Shown here: in pieces, positions 27,631 through 40,791 of the stretch | How positions within the stretch are numbered: position 1 is the stretch's first letter | How the letters are laid out: every line of letters starts with the position of its first letter | Source of the DNA: Ophelia neglecta | Lineage: Eukaryota | NCBI GenBank assembly: GCA_965285935.1 | Contig: OZ260661.1 | Coordinates: 108,686,001 to 108,750,000, forward strand | Direction of reading: 5' to 3' | DNA length: 64,000 nucleotides | Notes under the pieces: model-generated | The model's database searches: none | What the model saw: only the letters and a program-made list of their open reading frames with translations | Told to the model about the DNA's origin: nothing | Position numbers and translations under genes: made by a program

Positions 27631-28274
27631 ATGCCATACCTCTTATCAGGCCTCACGAAAGGGCCTGAACGTATATGGTCCAAGATCAAGACTCAATACA
27701 GGGCCTCTTTCAAGTATTTTTCTCTACTACCAAAGAAGCACTAATAAGGATCTTTCAGCACGGCTTACGAAGGCATTACCAGTTGTTAAGGAATATTGGG
27801 AAACCTATTGCGCTGTAGTTCTCATAACTCAGATCACAAACTTATGTGGATTCTGAAAAAACGGTGAAAAAACCGGTTACAACATCTTGAATACCTGGGT
27901 CTAATTTAATAATGGTCTATTTCCATATTGGACTGCTCTACACTGCATACTACACTTCCGCCTACTGATTTAAAGCTGCAGCTACAAGTACTCATAAAAA
28001 ACTTCAGACAATATGTTAGTAAAATTTATCCATCATTCTTAGAACTTTAAGGCATCAGTGACAACTCAAATGGTTCTGCTTAATTGAATATCTTTTTTCT
28101 GAAAAGACAATAATGGACTTCAAGCTCACGTCTTTATGACGAGAGGGACTATTGCGATTTTCCAATAGTTAACTTACCAGGTCTGGTCTGTAATCACGCT
28201 TGTAACACACTTCAACATTTGTATATATTATTTATCTATGTATGTGCGTGTGTGTATCTGTGTATGTTTTACGC

Positions 28275-28400
28275 ATATGTAGTGTTATAATATGTAGTGT
28301 TATATGTAGTGTTTTATGTAGTGTTATGTGTAGTGTTATATTTAGTGTTATATGTAGTGGTATATGTAGTGGTATATGTAGTGTTATATGTTGTGTTATA
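28275..28400. repeat. 12-bp tandem repeat (ATGTAGTGTTAT)n
   Basis: About 10 near-perfect copies seen directly. Confidence 0.92.
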
Positions 28401-31400
28401 TAGAAAATGCGGAGAAAGTCAATGACCTGATGGTACTTTCATACTTGCCGGGAGTTATACGTAAAATTAATAAAACTGCGCACTGAAAAGGAAAAAGCCG
28501 ATGTCGTAATACTGTAAATTTCTGCAGCAGCTTGCCTATTAACGGTAATGCGTTTAATAAATACATCAAGGAATACCTAGTTTTTAAGTACAAGCAAAGT
28601 AATCAAAGGTAAGGTATTCATCTTTATAACATGAATAACTTGTCAATGTCTTTGGCAAACGTAACAACAAAGTTAAGGTCAACTGTACACACACATTTCC
28701 AAAAAATACCTTCAGTATTGACTTTATAAGGTATATTAAGAATAAACCAAGGGTCACGTTGAAAATTTGATCAATGCTACAATTATGTCTGATACATTGA
28801 GCTTCAAATGTGTGATTGTACAAGTTATAGGAAATTTACCTTGTGACTATTTCAGTCTATAAAATTATGTTCCTCGATTAAATGGCCAAGGCAGTCAAAA
28901 TCATCAAATAATCAACTAAACCTTTTCACCACAGGTATATTTATCTTTCTTTGGGGCATGTGAAAATAACAACTTTGTTTCCACGTTCAGTGAAAGTTTA
29001 AGCCACATGTATTTTTTTTCTTTAAGTTCTCCATTAAGAATAGTGCTGGTATCAACATCGTCAAAAGGATGAATAGTGCTACAAGGGAAGCGATAGTATG
29101 GTGATATTTGCACTAAATACTGTCACTGTGATTGCAGCTTAGCAGCTTAACATACCCCGAACTTATTTAGGTTTCTAACTTATCAATCATCGGGCATCGA
29201 AGGGTTCTGAAAGACGTGATGACCTTTGCACGTTCTAAATATACGCAGTGAAAGATACGCGTTTAGACATCGGCGGTCATGGCTCCTGTCTGGTTTCGTC
29301 CGGGTGATAAGATTAATGGACATGAAAAAAACCAGTCCCATTTTTTTCATTATTTCCAAGATAAACAGATCAACAAAGGCTTCAAGGCAATAAATCCATT
29401 TCAGAATTGGAAAGAAGATGCTCACCTACTGAGCTGGATGGCTATTTGTCTTGGTTTAGGGCTTAACGAATTGCCAGAAACTGTTGGAAGAGACACTTAC
29501 ATGATTTCAAAGTAAGAGAAATTGGCCAGTTTGATAAACGAGAGAACGTCTATGCTCTGTGGGCATTGCTTCCTTCTGTATCGCCTGCAGGTTGAAACCG
29601 ATTTAATGCTGGATCCTTGAAAAATACATTGACTTACTGTAACCTATTAACTCTAGACTGATGTTTTCCAGCGTAGACGTGCTGATTTATTATGTCTTGG
29701 TTGATGTAATCCGGCCCTTAGGTTTATTTAGAGGTAATTACAATTTACGACAGTTTAAACCTATTTTGACAGGGTATTCTTTTCGTTAAGATTGCGCAGA
29801 TAAGCCTTGTGTACCTTGCGTTATCTTAGGGACATACTGAGTGGATGAAGACATGCCGAAGATCGTTAGCGATGTTTTAGAGGAGCTACAGACCTAAACA
29901 TGTACCTGGGAATTGTGACTAACGATATTGCTTGATAAGCCTGCTACAGGTGGAGCTGAGTGCCTGCTCAATCCGATCAAATTTAATACATTATTCCGAT
30001 TTGATTTGTCTGCCGAGTAGCCACGGTCTTACACTCAAATTGATTTGACATGGTATTGGGGGGTTCCAATATCCGGGCAGCATGGGGAAAAAGGCCGAAG
30101 TTAGGAGTTGGTGAATGTTTTTCCTATTTATTTCGGACGTTATACAAAAACGGAATTATGATCGTGTGTTGTTTGAAATACAAAATTTGTCATAGATATA
30201 ATTTGAAACTATGGACAATAGTGGTTAAAATGTTTTAATTTTATTCGAAAAGATTGATAAAAATTGACACACTGAAATGTCGCCCTGGGTCAGAGCAAAA
30301 TCTAACTAATGCTATTGGGGCAAAATCACCCCTTAGGCCTTTTACGCCAGAATATAGTGATGTTTATTGAACTGCTGATTTTGACAAATAATGGAGTTCA
30401 ATTGAAGAGAGTATGTCATTTATGTATTTTATTTACCTTTCCATCGAGGGCAAGTTGAATCACAACTTAAGAGAATCGGATCCCAGGGGCTGAACACGGA
30501 TTAATTTTCTATCTTTAAATCAGCGACCTTAAAAAATACCAATTAAATATAAGTAAATATAAAGACTCTTTGTGGATGAAAATGTCGAAAACTTTGAAAA
30601 CAGATAATCAATTTCCCATGAAACAAAGATTATGGACATTGGAAAAGGAGAAATATCATATATTTTATTACGATGAAGCATCTCTTGAAAGTGTAAATAT
30701 ATTCGAATATTTAGAGTTAATTTCAAGCATTGAAATCCTATAGCAAAAGCTAACCGAGCATTGTTTTAATTGAAGTCTGTATTATCTACTACAGGAAATG
30801 TTTTAACCGGTTTAGTCTTAACCATATTTGATAGGAAAATGGTTCAATTTTTAACGTATGGACGTTCCGTGGTGGGCACACCTGAAAATAATTTATATTG
30901 ACGACTTACCCTATAAAGATTATAAGAGTGCTTTAAATAACTATTAACTGTTATTAACTGTTATGTTCTAAAGTGATCGGTATAGTAAAAGATGGCAGCA
31001 GGAGAGTTTTGTCAATATGTTCACAATTAGGGGAAATTGGAAACTATTATCAAAAAACAAAGCAGTGAATGAGTATGGATCATTAAATTTTGTAAATTAT
31101 GATAAACATAGTTATGATACTATTGAAATACCGCAAGAACATGAAAGATTTCCTAAGTTCATTCTAAGTATTGGTAGGAAGTATAGTAAGTTTGAATGCA
31201 GACTGGAGTTAGGTAGATATCCATTCCAGTTCAAAATAAAGCCTATGAATCAGAAATTTAAAAATCATGTACCATATTAAGTCAAGTGATGACACTATTA
31301 GCCGGTATTTGCATGATATAAAAAATATTAAAATAAGATCTATAATCACAAAATTAATATCTAATAGCAATTGCAAACAATATATGAAAGGTGAACCCAA

Positions 31401-32159
31401 AACAAAGAAATGATCACTATGTGACCATTGTATAAATGATTCAAACCATATATTGTTAGATTTTCTCTGTACAGTAGATATTAGGAAGGAATTCTTTAAA
31501 GAAATACAAGTTAGTGGAAACAATGGATATGGTTTCAACCGTTACAAATGTTAAAATATAATCTCAATACTTGCTTGTATAATGCACATCTTTTGAAATT
31601 TGTACCCAACTATTCATTTGCTTTTGGGGGCAAAAGTGGTTGGAAACAATGTATGTGCTTATTGAGCCAAATAAATTTGTATTGTATCTTTTATGTTATA
31701 TTAGGGTATGTCTTACGCTGTTTATAATAATACCTTGTTTCATTAACCATTAGATTGGGAATTATTTTGGTGATCTTTCCATCTAGGCCTAATGTCAGGC
31801 CATCTGGAGTCTAATAGATACCCCTCCTAATATGTGATAAAATGGAACGTCAGTTTTATTGGAACAAATTGTTCAATTGCATTGTAAGATCTTTAGTTCT
31901 AATATCTAGGCTAGTCAATTGGTCGAATTTGTCAGTAGCGTCCATCCGAGGTAGGACTTCATTGTGTTTCGAGATCTATCTATATTTTCAATTTATTAAA
32001 AAGCTTTATCCCCCATGCATTCTCCTAAGGGACATATTAAAAATCTCTCCTATCTTGACTCGTTTGCTTTGTGCTCTAACCCGCAATATTGAAAACCTTT
32101 ATTTACTTGGTATAGCTAGTGATATCGAATTTAATTTAGTTACTAATTACATTGCAAAC

Positions 32160-32450
32160 TCATTTACAATAAGGGAACAGTGGGTTAATATTTTTGGGCT
32201 GACAATTCCTGCTAATTTCAGGTCGCTTTAATGGAGTATCCTTGATTGATGATCGAATTTGTCTGCCGGTCATCCATTCCCGTTGTGCCCCTGCCAATGT
32301 TGGTGACTTTTCACCAACTCGTTTCTCAGTCCTCTCAACTGTAATGGTTTTATGCCATACCCTATAAATTACCAATACCCTGTTTTTGCTCCATCCCCTT
32401 ACATGTTGTCCCAAGCTGCTGTTGCCTCCATATGCCATTTAAATCCTCCT
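32160..32450 (-). mobile_element. Possible RTE-type LINE 3' end remnant
   Basis: LGQHVRGWSKNRVLVIYRVWH...KRVGEK...W loosely resembles the RTE C-terminal WxGHVxR...W...KR..GRP...W pattern. Confidence 0.3.
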
Positions 32451-33249
32451 CCCCATGACCGCTATCTAAGAGATAAATTGCCGAGGTGAAGAAATTAAAT
32501 ATGATATCTCTGATTGATATTTCTAATCAAAAAAGGTTATATGAGACTCTAGTGAATGATGTTAGTAATAGCGACCACCGGTAGAAATGAGAAAACGTTG
32601 AGGGAGAAGGGGAAGAGAAGTATGTATAAACCACTTGATCTGACAATATGGACGAGAGAACATGTCATTTTCACGCTAGGTGATCTCTGCCAGGCAGAGC
32701 CACCAGTGGCAAAGCATTCCGCGTCCGAATGGCCGACACCGTGCTATGAGTCCAGAGACTTCCCCACGTAGTTCTCATTCCGATTTTACATCTTGCACGG
32801 GTCTCGTCGGCTGTCAAGCAGCATTAAATCACTAGCTAGGTTTATCAGCTAAAATCTTGTTTATTAAATAGACAGTGTTGCCAGTATTTCACGTAATTTT
32901 GAAGTGTTGGCAAACAACCAACAGTGATAAATGAACTTTGCCGAAAATAATGTCAGAGAATTTCCTTGATGATGTTTGGTCTAATACATAGATGTTGGAG
33001 CCAGTACGAAAGAAATGAGCTGGTATAGTTTTAACTATAGGTGTCTCATCCAAGGATACACAGAGTTGTTTATATATATGAAAATGTATGCCTATTTTTT
33101 AAATACGAAACATAATATTTTCTTTTTTTCCTGGGCCGCTTTTCCGTCTGTTGGATGCCAAACTGATGTTAGTCAAGTTGTTTATATTTACGACTTCGCG
33201 CTACCTGTAGGGCAGATGTAATATTTTCTCCGCCGAGCAATAATTCAGA

Positions 33250-34400
33250 ATACGGTTGGGTGCTTTACAACCGAGAATAAAATTAAAGTGGTGGTGCTCT
33301 TCGGTATAGACGTTTTCGTGATAGGTAGGGCAGTAGAATCAGTCGAATGCGGCCCGTTGTGCCTTCCGCAGTACACCAACAACCTGGAGCACTGGAGTAG
33401 CTAGGGAAAGCACCACTTTGCGCCAGAAACAGGGTTCCCAAACAGTATCATATGCCACTTAGCCGGTACGCCGAATCGAGCAACACGCTGATACATTTAC
33501 ATGCTCCTACATAGATACCCATGGGGGAATTCGTTGGAATGACGTGCGGGCAATTTCTCCCGTTTCTGCGAAGCGGGTAGATGATTGCAGGAGCCGAAAG
33601 CTCATTCGTACACACATTGCTAGTGGTTTTGTGGTGTCATCTGCAAAGTCAACGTGTTGGCCGTGGCCTTTTTCAGAAATGATTTCACACAGTGCTGCAT
33701 AAGTTTGAATATGCCTTCAGTGAACTTTGAAGACAATCCCTCAGCTAGTAAGCCTACAACTGCTCCTCTGCAACGATATGCTGCCAGAATCCATCCAATT
33801 TCCATTTGATATGTTCAACACCGCTTCTGTAATAATGGCTCTGTCGGCGCTCTTCAACATTTTTAGGTCAGATTAGCCAGAAGCTCAAATCATTTACCTT
33901 GGTCGAACATCATTTTTCTCTGTCTGCTAACCGATCAAGTGGCTGTCTTGTTAATCACAGGACAGGCTATCCACACTTTTAGTCTTATCAAAGGAGCTTA
34001 GGAACGAAAAACGTAGGTCTTGTTAGTTCTAGTCCAGCTCATTGCTCATGTCGGCAAAGGTCGAGTGGTTTACTCGTAAAATCCCCATTGCATGCAAATG
34101 TGTACTTCAGGAGTGACCGTTGGCTGAATTGGCTCATAAAAAAAGCGCACTTCTGTCTTTACGCATTAACTATAGCCAGTTGCTCGACTCCTTACCAAGG
34201 CTTTTACATGGTTCAGCTTTTGTAAATAATTGGAGCCAGTTTTATACCAAGAACGAATCCTGGATTCATTAGACAAGACATATTTCTGATTACCGACAAG
34301 CATAAAACCTGACATTTTGTATGGTTTCCCGACCTTACGAGTTAACTTAAAAGACATTTGTATATTAGCTGTCTGAAGCATGTTGTGTTAATATCACTGA
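33250..34400 (-). mobile_element. Decayed CR1/L2-type LINE reverse-transcriptase remnant
   Basis: Minus strand, in order: GWILAAY, CRGAVVGLL (PQGSVLGPLL-like, ~33770), HVDFADDTT (YADD motif, ~33630-33657), LRKAQRAA (LERVQRRA-like, ~33360). Confidence 0.65.
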
Positions 34401-36559
34401 TCATAGATTGAAGTATTTCTTGGCAGACTTCATAATATGAGCATATGCTACACTGCACCTATCAGGCGTCGCTTTGCCCGCCTGCCTAAACTTAAATAAT
34501 ATTTTGTTTCTCATTATCAGATAAACATGATGAAACTAAAGCTTGTTTTCACCCTTACCTTCTAAATTAATTATACACCATCGCCTGTGGGGCTAATCAG
34601 ACGATCTTATCATTATGTTCCTCTGCTCGAGCGCACACGTGATTTATATAGGAGGTATTTCGTGTTTTTGGTAGCTTAGCAATATCACCTTCAAGTGCCA
34701 CATAACTGCATAATTAATAAGTAGTAAGTCTTGGAGCCAAGTAGTCAGGTTAAATCAGAGACACGGGGAATAATCAGCCTACACATAGGTCAAAGATATG
34801 TAAGAGCAGAGGAAAGTGCCTTGTTTAAATTTCCTATATTATACGCACATATACTAATTTTTCTAATAAAAGAAAAAGGGACTGATTTTTGGTAGAGCTT
34901 ATCTAGCGATTTGCTCTAGCTAACAACCTACCACCCCGCTCCCCTGCCAATTAGATTAACCATTTTCAAAAGTAAATAAGCATAGGTTGTTTAAAACCTC
35001 CATTTTAGTACTTAAAGAAATCAGTGACTTCAAAGTTTGAAATTTTCTCTTATTACACTTGCACCCCAAATACGCAATGCTAAATTACTTAGAGCAGTAC
35101 CTTTTCTCCAACAAATTGACTCATGTGTAATAAAAAACATGGAGCATTCAAACATATGCATGGAAAAGCTTGATATTCAATTTTTTTCCATCAGCGACTT
35201 GCCATGAATTTTAAGCCTTCCAAGTTTAAACATGATGAGCAAACTCAGTTTCTTAGCGTTTGAAACTTCCAATTTATGCCCAGTGCGCACACAAAAATCC
35301 TTACTTATTATTCTAATGTCTAGTCTTGATGACGAATATATTTCAGCAATAATCTCCAGTAGTCGCACAGCGTTCCAAGGATGTTAGATGTTTTGACATC
35401 CATACGCCAATTGGCGCTTTCATATTCATAATTACACATATTCACCAGTGAGCAGGGTTGTGTTTGAGAGATTAGATTTAGACAAGCATATTAAGAATAA
35501 ATGTGTTGGTGGCACTCTGGCTGCCTCCTATATTATAAACCTGGCTTAACCTTTCGTACGAGACTGTGATTAATTATGGAATACTATCTAGATACGTACG
35601 CAGAGTGACGCAAACACCCTGACTAACGATATCGGGAACAGAAAGTGGTATAAAAAACTAGATGTAATATAGTATACTTGTCAACTATAGATCAACCAAT
35701 ACCCAAGTCGTTTATTCGAACATCTGTCGACAGATGAAAGGGCAGAGCTAATATAGTGTAAATATGATGTCCTGGGAATAGTTCTTCCCCGTGTAGCGGA
35801 GAGGACGAGGGATGACCCCTGATGTCGAAGGTCCTCACACTAGCCTGACTAACGAGCTGGTAGTGATAGTATAGTGAGGTAGCCAACCGCTTTCTTTACC
35901 GGTAAAATATCACCCCTCACCTGTAGAAAGTTGTCAGTCACATGCCATGTCTCTGGGTCCGTTTGATCCCGGCCAGGTCACCTAGAGTTCCCGCATACCG
36001 TCCGATGCATCATCAGCAAGTGAAGCTCACATACAACAGACCCGCCGAGAAGTTGTATTGCTGTTCATGTATCAAGCGAAGCAAGAAAATACTTTGAAAC
36101 GGGTCATTTATGAAAGAGCCCGGCGTTGTTTCAATGTCACATTTACTTTAGCAGGTTAACTGCTTAGTCAATTAGGAATAGTAAAACCTCTTCGCTGCGA
36201 CTGTCTTTTTCAAATGTGTACAATCTAATGGTCCTAAAACATGAATAATATTCTTTTAGTAACAATTATGTGTATTCATTGGGGACAACATTGGGATCTG
36301 TCACCACATTCCTCCTTTACACATTACATCACCGGTAATACCCACACAGAGATAATCACAATTTTAGGGCGGAAATTCAGCTCGACATAATTTTAAGAAC
36401 CACTTGGTAAGGAGAATTCGCCCAAACTTGACAACTTGAAGCTGTAAACGCCTAACTGTGCATGTTAGTGGTAATGAGTTCAGAGATTACCCAAATACAT
36501 ATTATCATCAACATTCAATCTCATTCCACAACAACTTTTGAATGAAGTTCATTTCCCTT

Positions 36560-36720
36560 TTATCATCATTAGTTTGAAGCAGCTGGAATAGGGATGGGGA
36601 CAGAATTTAACCATTATGCATTGGATATGAAGCAAGACAGGTCGAATTTGCATTGAAGATAACCACCATTTTGTGTCCGGTCTTCACCACACAGCCTGTC
36701 TTAAATGTTTAAGCCGTGTT
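36560..36720 (+). mobile_element. Possible LINE ORF2 C-terminal remnant
   Basis: NHYALDMKQDR (NHxLxIExGR-like), then CIEDNHHF (ED..HF-like). Confidence 0.3.
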
Positions 36721-37372
36721 TAAGTTCTTTACACACATTCAATGATTTTTATCAACTCTGTTTTTTAAGAAAAAGAAGCCACATCTGCACTTAGCAGATG
36801 TGGCTGAGTTGGCAGGTGAAGGCATAATTGATTCCATGGACAGGAGAACATTAAAGATAAACCATCTGTGCTACGAATAAAACATATTGAAAATAACTAA
36901 ATGTTATGTGGTTTGATGTTTTGCGATAATTATAGGAGTAGACACTCGTTTAAATTTTGTTGGAATACCATATCGTTATCCTACATTACTGTAGCATTAA
37001 CCTTTATGTAAAATGTGTAACGAAAACACAATTTCCCAGCCCCCCACCCCCTCACACGATCTCCCAGGGTCTACAATAATTACAAGTTTTCTCTGCTATT
37101 ATCTAAGATGTCCCTTTGCGAAAGAATATTAGGATTAAGTCTGATACTACTTTACGCGAAGGATCAGCTTCGAAAGCCGATTATATGTGAGGTGTTTTCG
37201 GTACTTTTTGAAAGTTAACATAGCTTGAATACATAGGGATCTGGTGTTAAGTTCCTTTTGTCAAACATGATTAAGGATACCAGTAGCGATGTGAAGTGGA
37301 AATTTTAGTTCATTATCACAAATACATGTATAGGAATTGTACATTTGAAATAAGTTAAAGAGTTTGGATATA

Positions 37373-37536
37373 CAGTAAAACCTGGCGTAAGGACACCTGA
37401 CACACTGACTATTAAGGACGTTGTTTTAGTACAGTTGTAATACTTTACATGTAGAGTAACCTGTGAAATAAGGTCAACTGAGAAAAGAGGACAGATTTCC
37501 CAGTCCCTGGCTGTCCCTAATTGTCATGTTTCACTG
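37373..37536. mobile_element. Tc1/mariner-pogo (Tigger-like) MITE
   Basis: TA|CAGTAAAAC ... GTTTCACTG|TA: TIR plus TA target-site duplication; shares TTTCCCAGTCCC-like subterminal sequence with the copy at 58232-58409. Confidence 0.75.
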
Positions 37537-40500
37537 TACACACAAACTTACATTTACAAAACATTCTTACAATTAAGATAAGGATAAGAAGTTCAATTTG
37601 ATTATTTCGGATCAATTTGACAGACTAGATTCAAATCTTCATAAATGATTTGACATTCTCTGCCGGATGTCCACTCCTGTTATATAGTGTCTGCCGGGTG
37701 TCAACTACAGCATGGGTCCATTGGGAGGAGGAGTCTTTGTCTGGTTGATTCATATCTTTCGTCACAGTTCTAATCAGAAGCATTTGAAGAGAAATCACTT
37801 CGGGCCTGATCTTAATTAGCCAGGTGGTCACGATGATTGTCACCAAACGGCCTGGTTCATCCCTCTCAACTGCTGGCTCAGTGGTATCTACGTCTTGGGT
37901 CATGCTAGCTTCTGTCGGTGGCACCCATATACCATGTGTCAGTCTCATAGCGACTCTGGTCATCTTCTCCATCTTCTTTGGTGTCCTCGGATGGACATCA
38001 GTTTCTGATTAATTTATCATGAGCACCTGTTGGGTTTTCTACAGTGCCATTGTGACTATGTCGTCTTCTGCAATATTTTTACCATCTTCTGTCTTCTCTC
38101 TAATGTCTACGCCATTATTTTCTTCTGTGTCATATTCACATTCTTGTAGGCCATCTACATTTTTACTATTATTTGGACAGTTCAGATGACATTGATAACC
38201 TAGAACATTTATTTCAAACCCATTTCCTCCTTTTTGGCAGAACTGCTACTGTCTGCACCAAACCCATTGCCCGAAACACGTATACTGTACATGGATGAAC
38301 AAAGCATTGAATTCGTGGTTGTACCACCCCACTATCGGCACTATGCCACGTTAACTCTATCACATCACTGATTTACGCCGGTGGTAGTTGTTATGAATAC
38401 ACTAATTAGGTGTTTGCTTAAAATTCTACAATTGTCAGTTGCCACCTAACTTTCAATAAAGGACCAGTATGGTCTCCATAACTCACAATGGATCCCACAA
38501 ACGGCCTTGTAATCTAGGTACGTATGTCGCCATACACAGCTCGGAATTGGACGCACAACAATTTCTTAACCGGTAAAATATATATCATTTGAATGTGGAG
38601 AAATTATGAAAACTTTTATATTGGAAATTACATAACAAATCAAGAATATTGGATTACAAAAGCAAATTCAAAGTTGGATAATTTGCATAGATCCGACTTA
38701 TATAAATTATAAGATAAATTGTGTTCTACTTCAACGGGCAAACAATGTATTGAACCACAAGAATTGCAAGATTCACTTTGGTTACTGAGCAAGGAAAGGT
38801 GTGACTGATATGTGCTCAGCCACAGTCAGTACCAATACCAATGAGATATTTCGTGTAACATTTAGACCGTCTTTCCATAGTATCTTTACATGTTATTCTA
38901 GCAGAAGGAGAGCTTCTTTAATAACATTACATTCAATAACAACAAAACAATTGTTTTCTCACCTCGTTTGATATCTCTTTTGGTTTACTTATTTTGTTTC
39001 ATTTTGTTTCAAATTGGTTGGACTTAAACAAGATTGCTCAACCTTTTGAACTACACTAACGTTACCTTATTGTACCAGAGGCGTAATTCCAGCTTCCTCA
39101 TGGGACCAAGTCACTAGCAATCCCCCCCAACCCCCCACCCCCACCCCCACCCCACTGCCTATATACTGCCATACGGGTATGTTCCGCCGTATGGCCCCTT
39201 TTAAAGCTAGGCCCGCTCTTTTAAACTTTTTTTCGAGCACACCACTTTTTTTTGAACTTTGTTTTTGAGCAAATAGCTCTTTTATCCCTTTTTTCTAGTA
39301 CAAACAGCTGTTTTGGGCCCACTTTTCATCAGACCGTCCTTTTTACCGGTATTTTTTGCCCTATTTGGGTCGGTATTTTCTACAGATTCCGCACTTTTTT
39401 GTGTCCCACATCTGGCCCTTGGATGGAGCACATCCACCAATGTCAATGTACCCCCCCCCCCCCCGCGGCGGGCAGCATCCTAGGTCATATATCAGATAAT
39501 AAGGAAAATATGGTATATTTTTCTTTCTGTGCGTTTACTGATCATACACCTGCGAAACAATTTTATGTCACTTGTGTTTCTCTTTGAACTCTTAATTTGT
39601 TCACATGTAGAATATTATGTTACTCATTCGAAAACTAACGACATGTTCTTTTCTCTTGGGGTAAAACGCGTGCAGGAGCACCAACATCATATATAATGTA
39701 TGAGGTATGATAGTGGTATCATTTCCGTTTTGCTGTAAACACATTCATTCATTTGGTAACTTATACGTGTATGTTTCCTTTCTTTCATGATAATGAACGT
39801 ACTTGGAGTTAATAGTTGAAATCAGACGGACAACCCGGGCATACCGTGACTGCTGTGCTTTTAACGACTATAACAAAGAACCGTGTATTTATTTTATCAT
39901 TTGTGGCCATAATAGCGTGTCCGGCTGTGTAAAATATAAAACAATATTGTTGAAGATAAGAATGATATAAAATTGTTCTTAATTATAAGAGAATCTAACC
40001 GAAAAGAAAAGCATACCATATTCGAATATTTGTTTTCCTATTTGGCCTGGATGATAGTAACCCCCCCCCCCCTTGAGGAAGCTAAAAATACGTCTAGAAG
40101 CATGGTAGAATTACTGGAGCTGAGACACAGATTTAAAAAAAAAGTTAAACCAATCTGAAACCAAAAAGTCGTAAACCACGAAGGGCATCCTGTGCAGAGA
40201 CCGCTTATCATGTTTACTACGTAAATGGTCATTTCGGTGACACACCGGATCTGACCCCTACATATTTGCATATTAAAGGACCATGCGACTGATTGGCTAA
40301 TAATTGACCATTTTTATCTTACAGTTGTGCGAGGTTGAAATAACTAGCGCAACCACAATATTTCTGTACACGACTTCATTGGTGAGCGCCAAAGTCACCC
40401 TCGGTGTCAATTTAAATAAGCATTACACTTTAAATCACCATGAGCAACCATTTGTTATTTTCTAGTCCAACATTTCGTTGCAAAGTAACTGATCATATTA

Positions 40501-40791
40501 GAGTTAAATAATTTTGAAGATGTCTAATGAGATGACCGATACCTTTTTCCAAACAATGGGCTCGTTTTGTTCTTATAATATGTAGGAAAGTGTAAGTGTT
40601 GAAATTCCATGTGATGCATGATTTATATAAATCATAGTAGATTATTCTTACTTAGTCCCATTATCCTGGGAATATGTCAGAACGATATCCCTGTTCTCGA
40701 AAACGCTATGGACAACGCTATGATGTTTGGCCACCATCTTTAAGAGAGAAATAAAATCCATGTATAATTCATGTTTGACTGTTTATTGCAG

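Noticed and set aside
29183-30050. KTDQ-like fragment suggesting a tyrosine recombinase (DIRS/Crypton)
   Set aside because: No supporting R-H-R-Y catalytic motifs could be traced; left unassigned.
40520-40585. Short ORF MSNEMTDTFFQ... as SLC17 first exon
   Set aside because: The available donor gives phase 2, but the exon at 40792 needs phase 1; the alternative candidate near 40220 has an upstream in-frame stop and no ATG.
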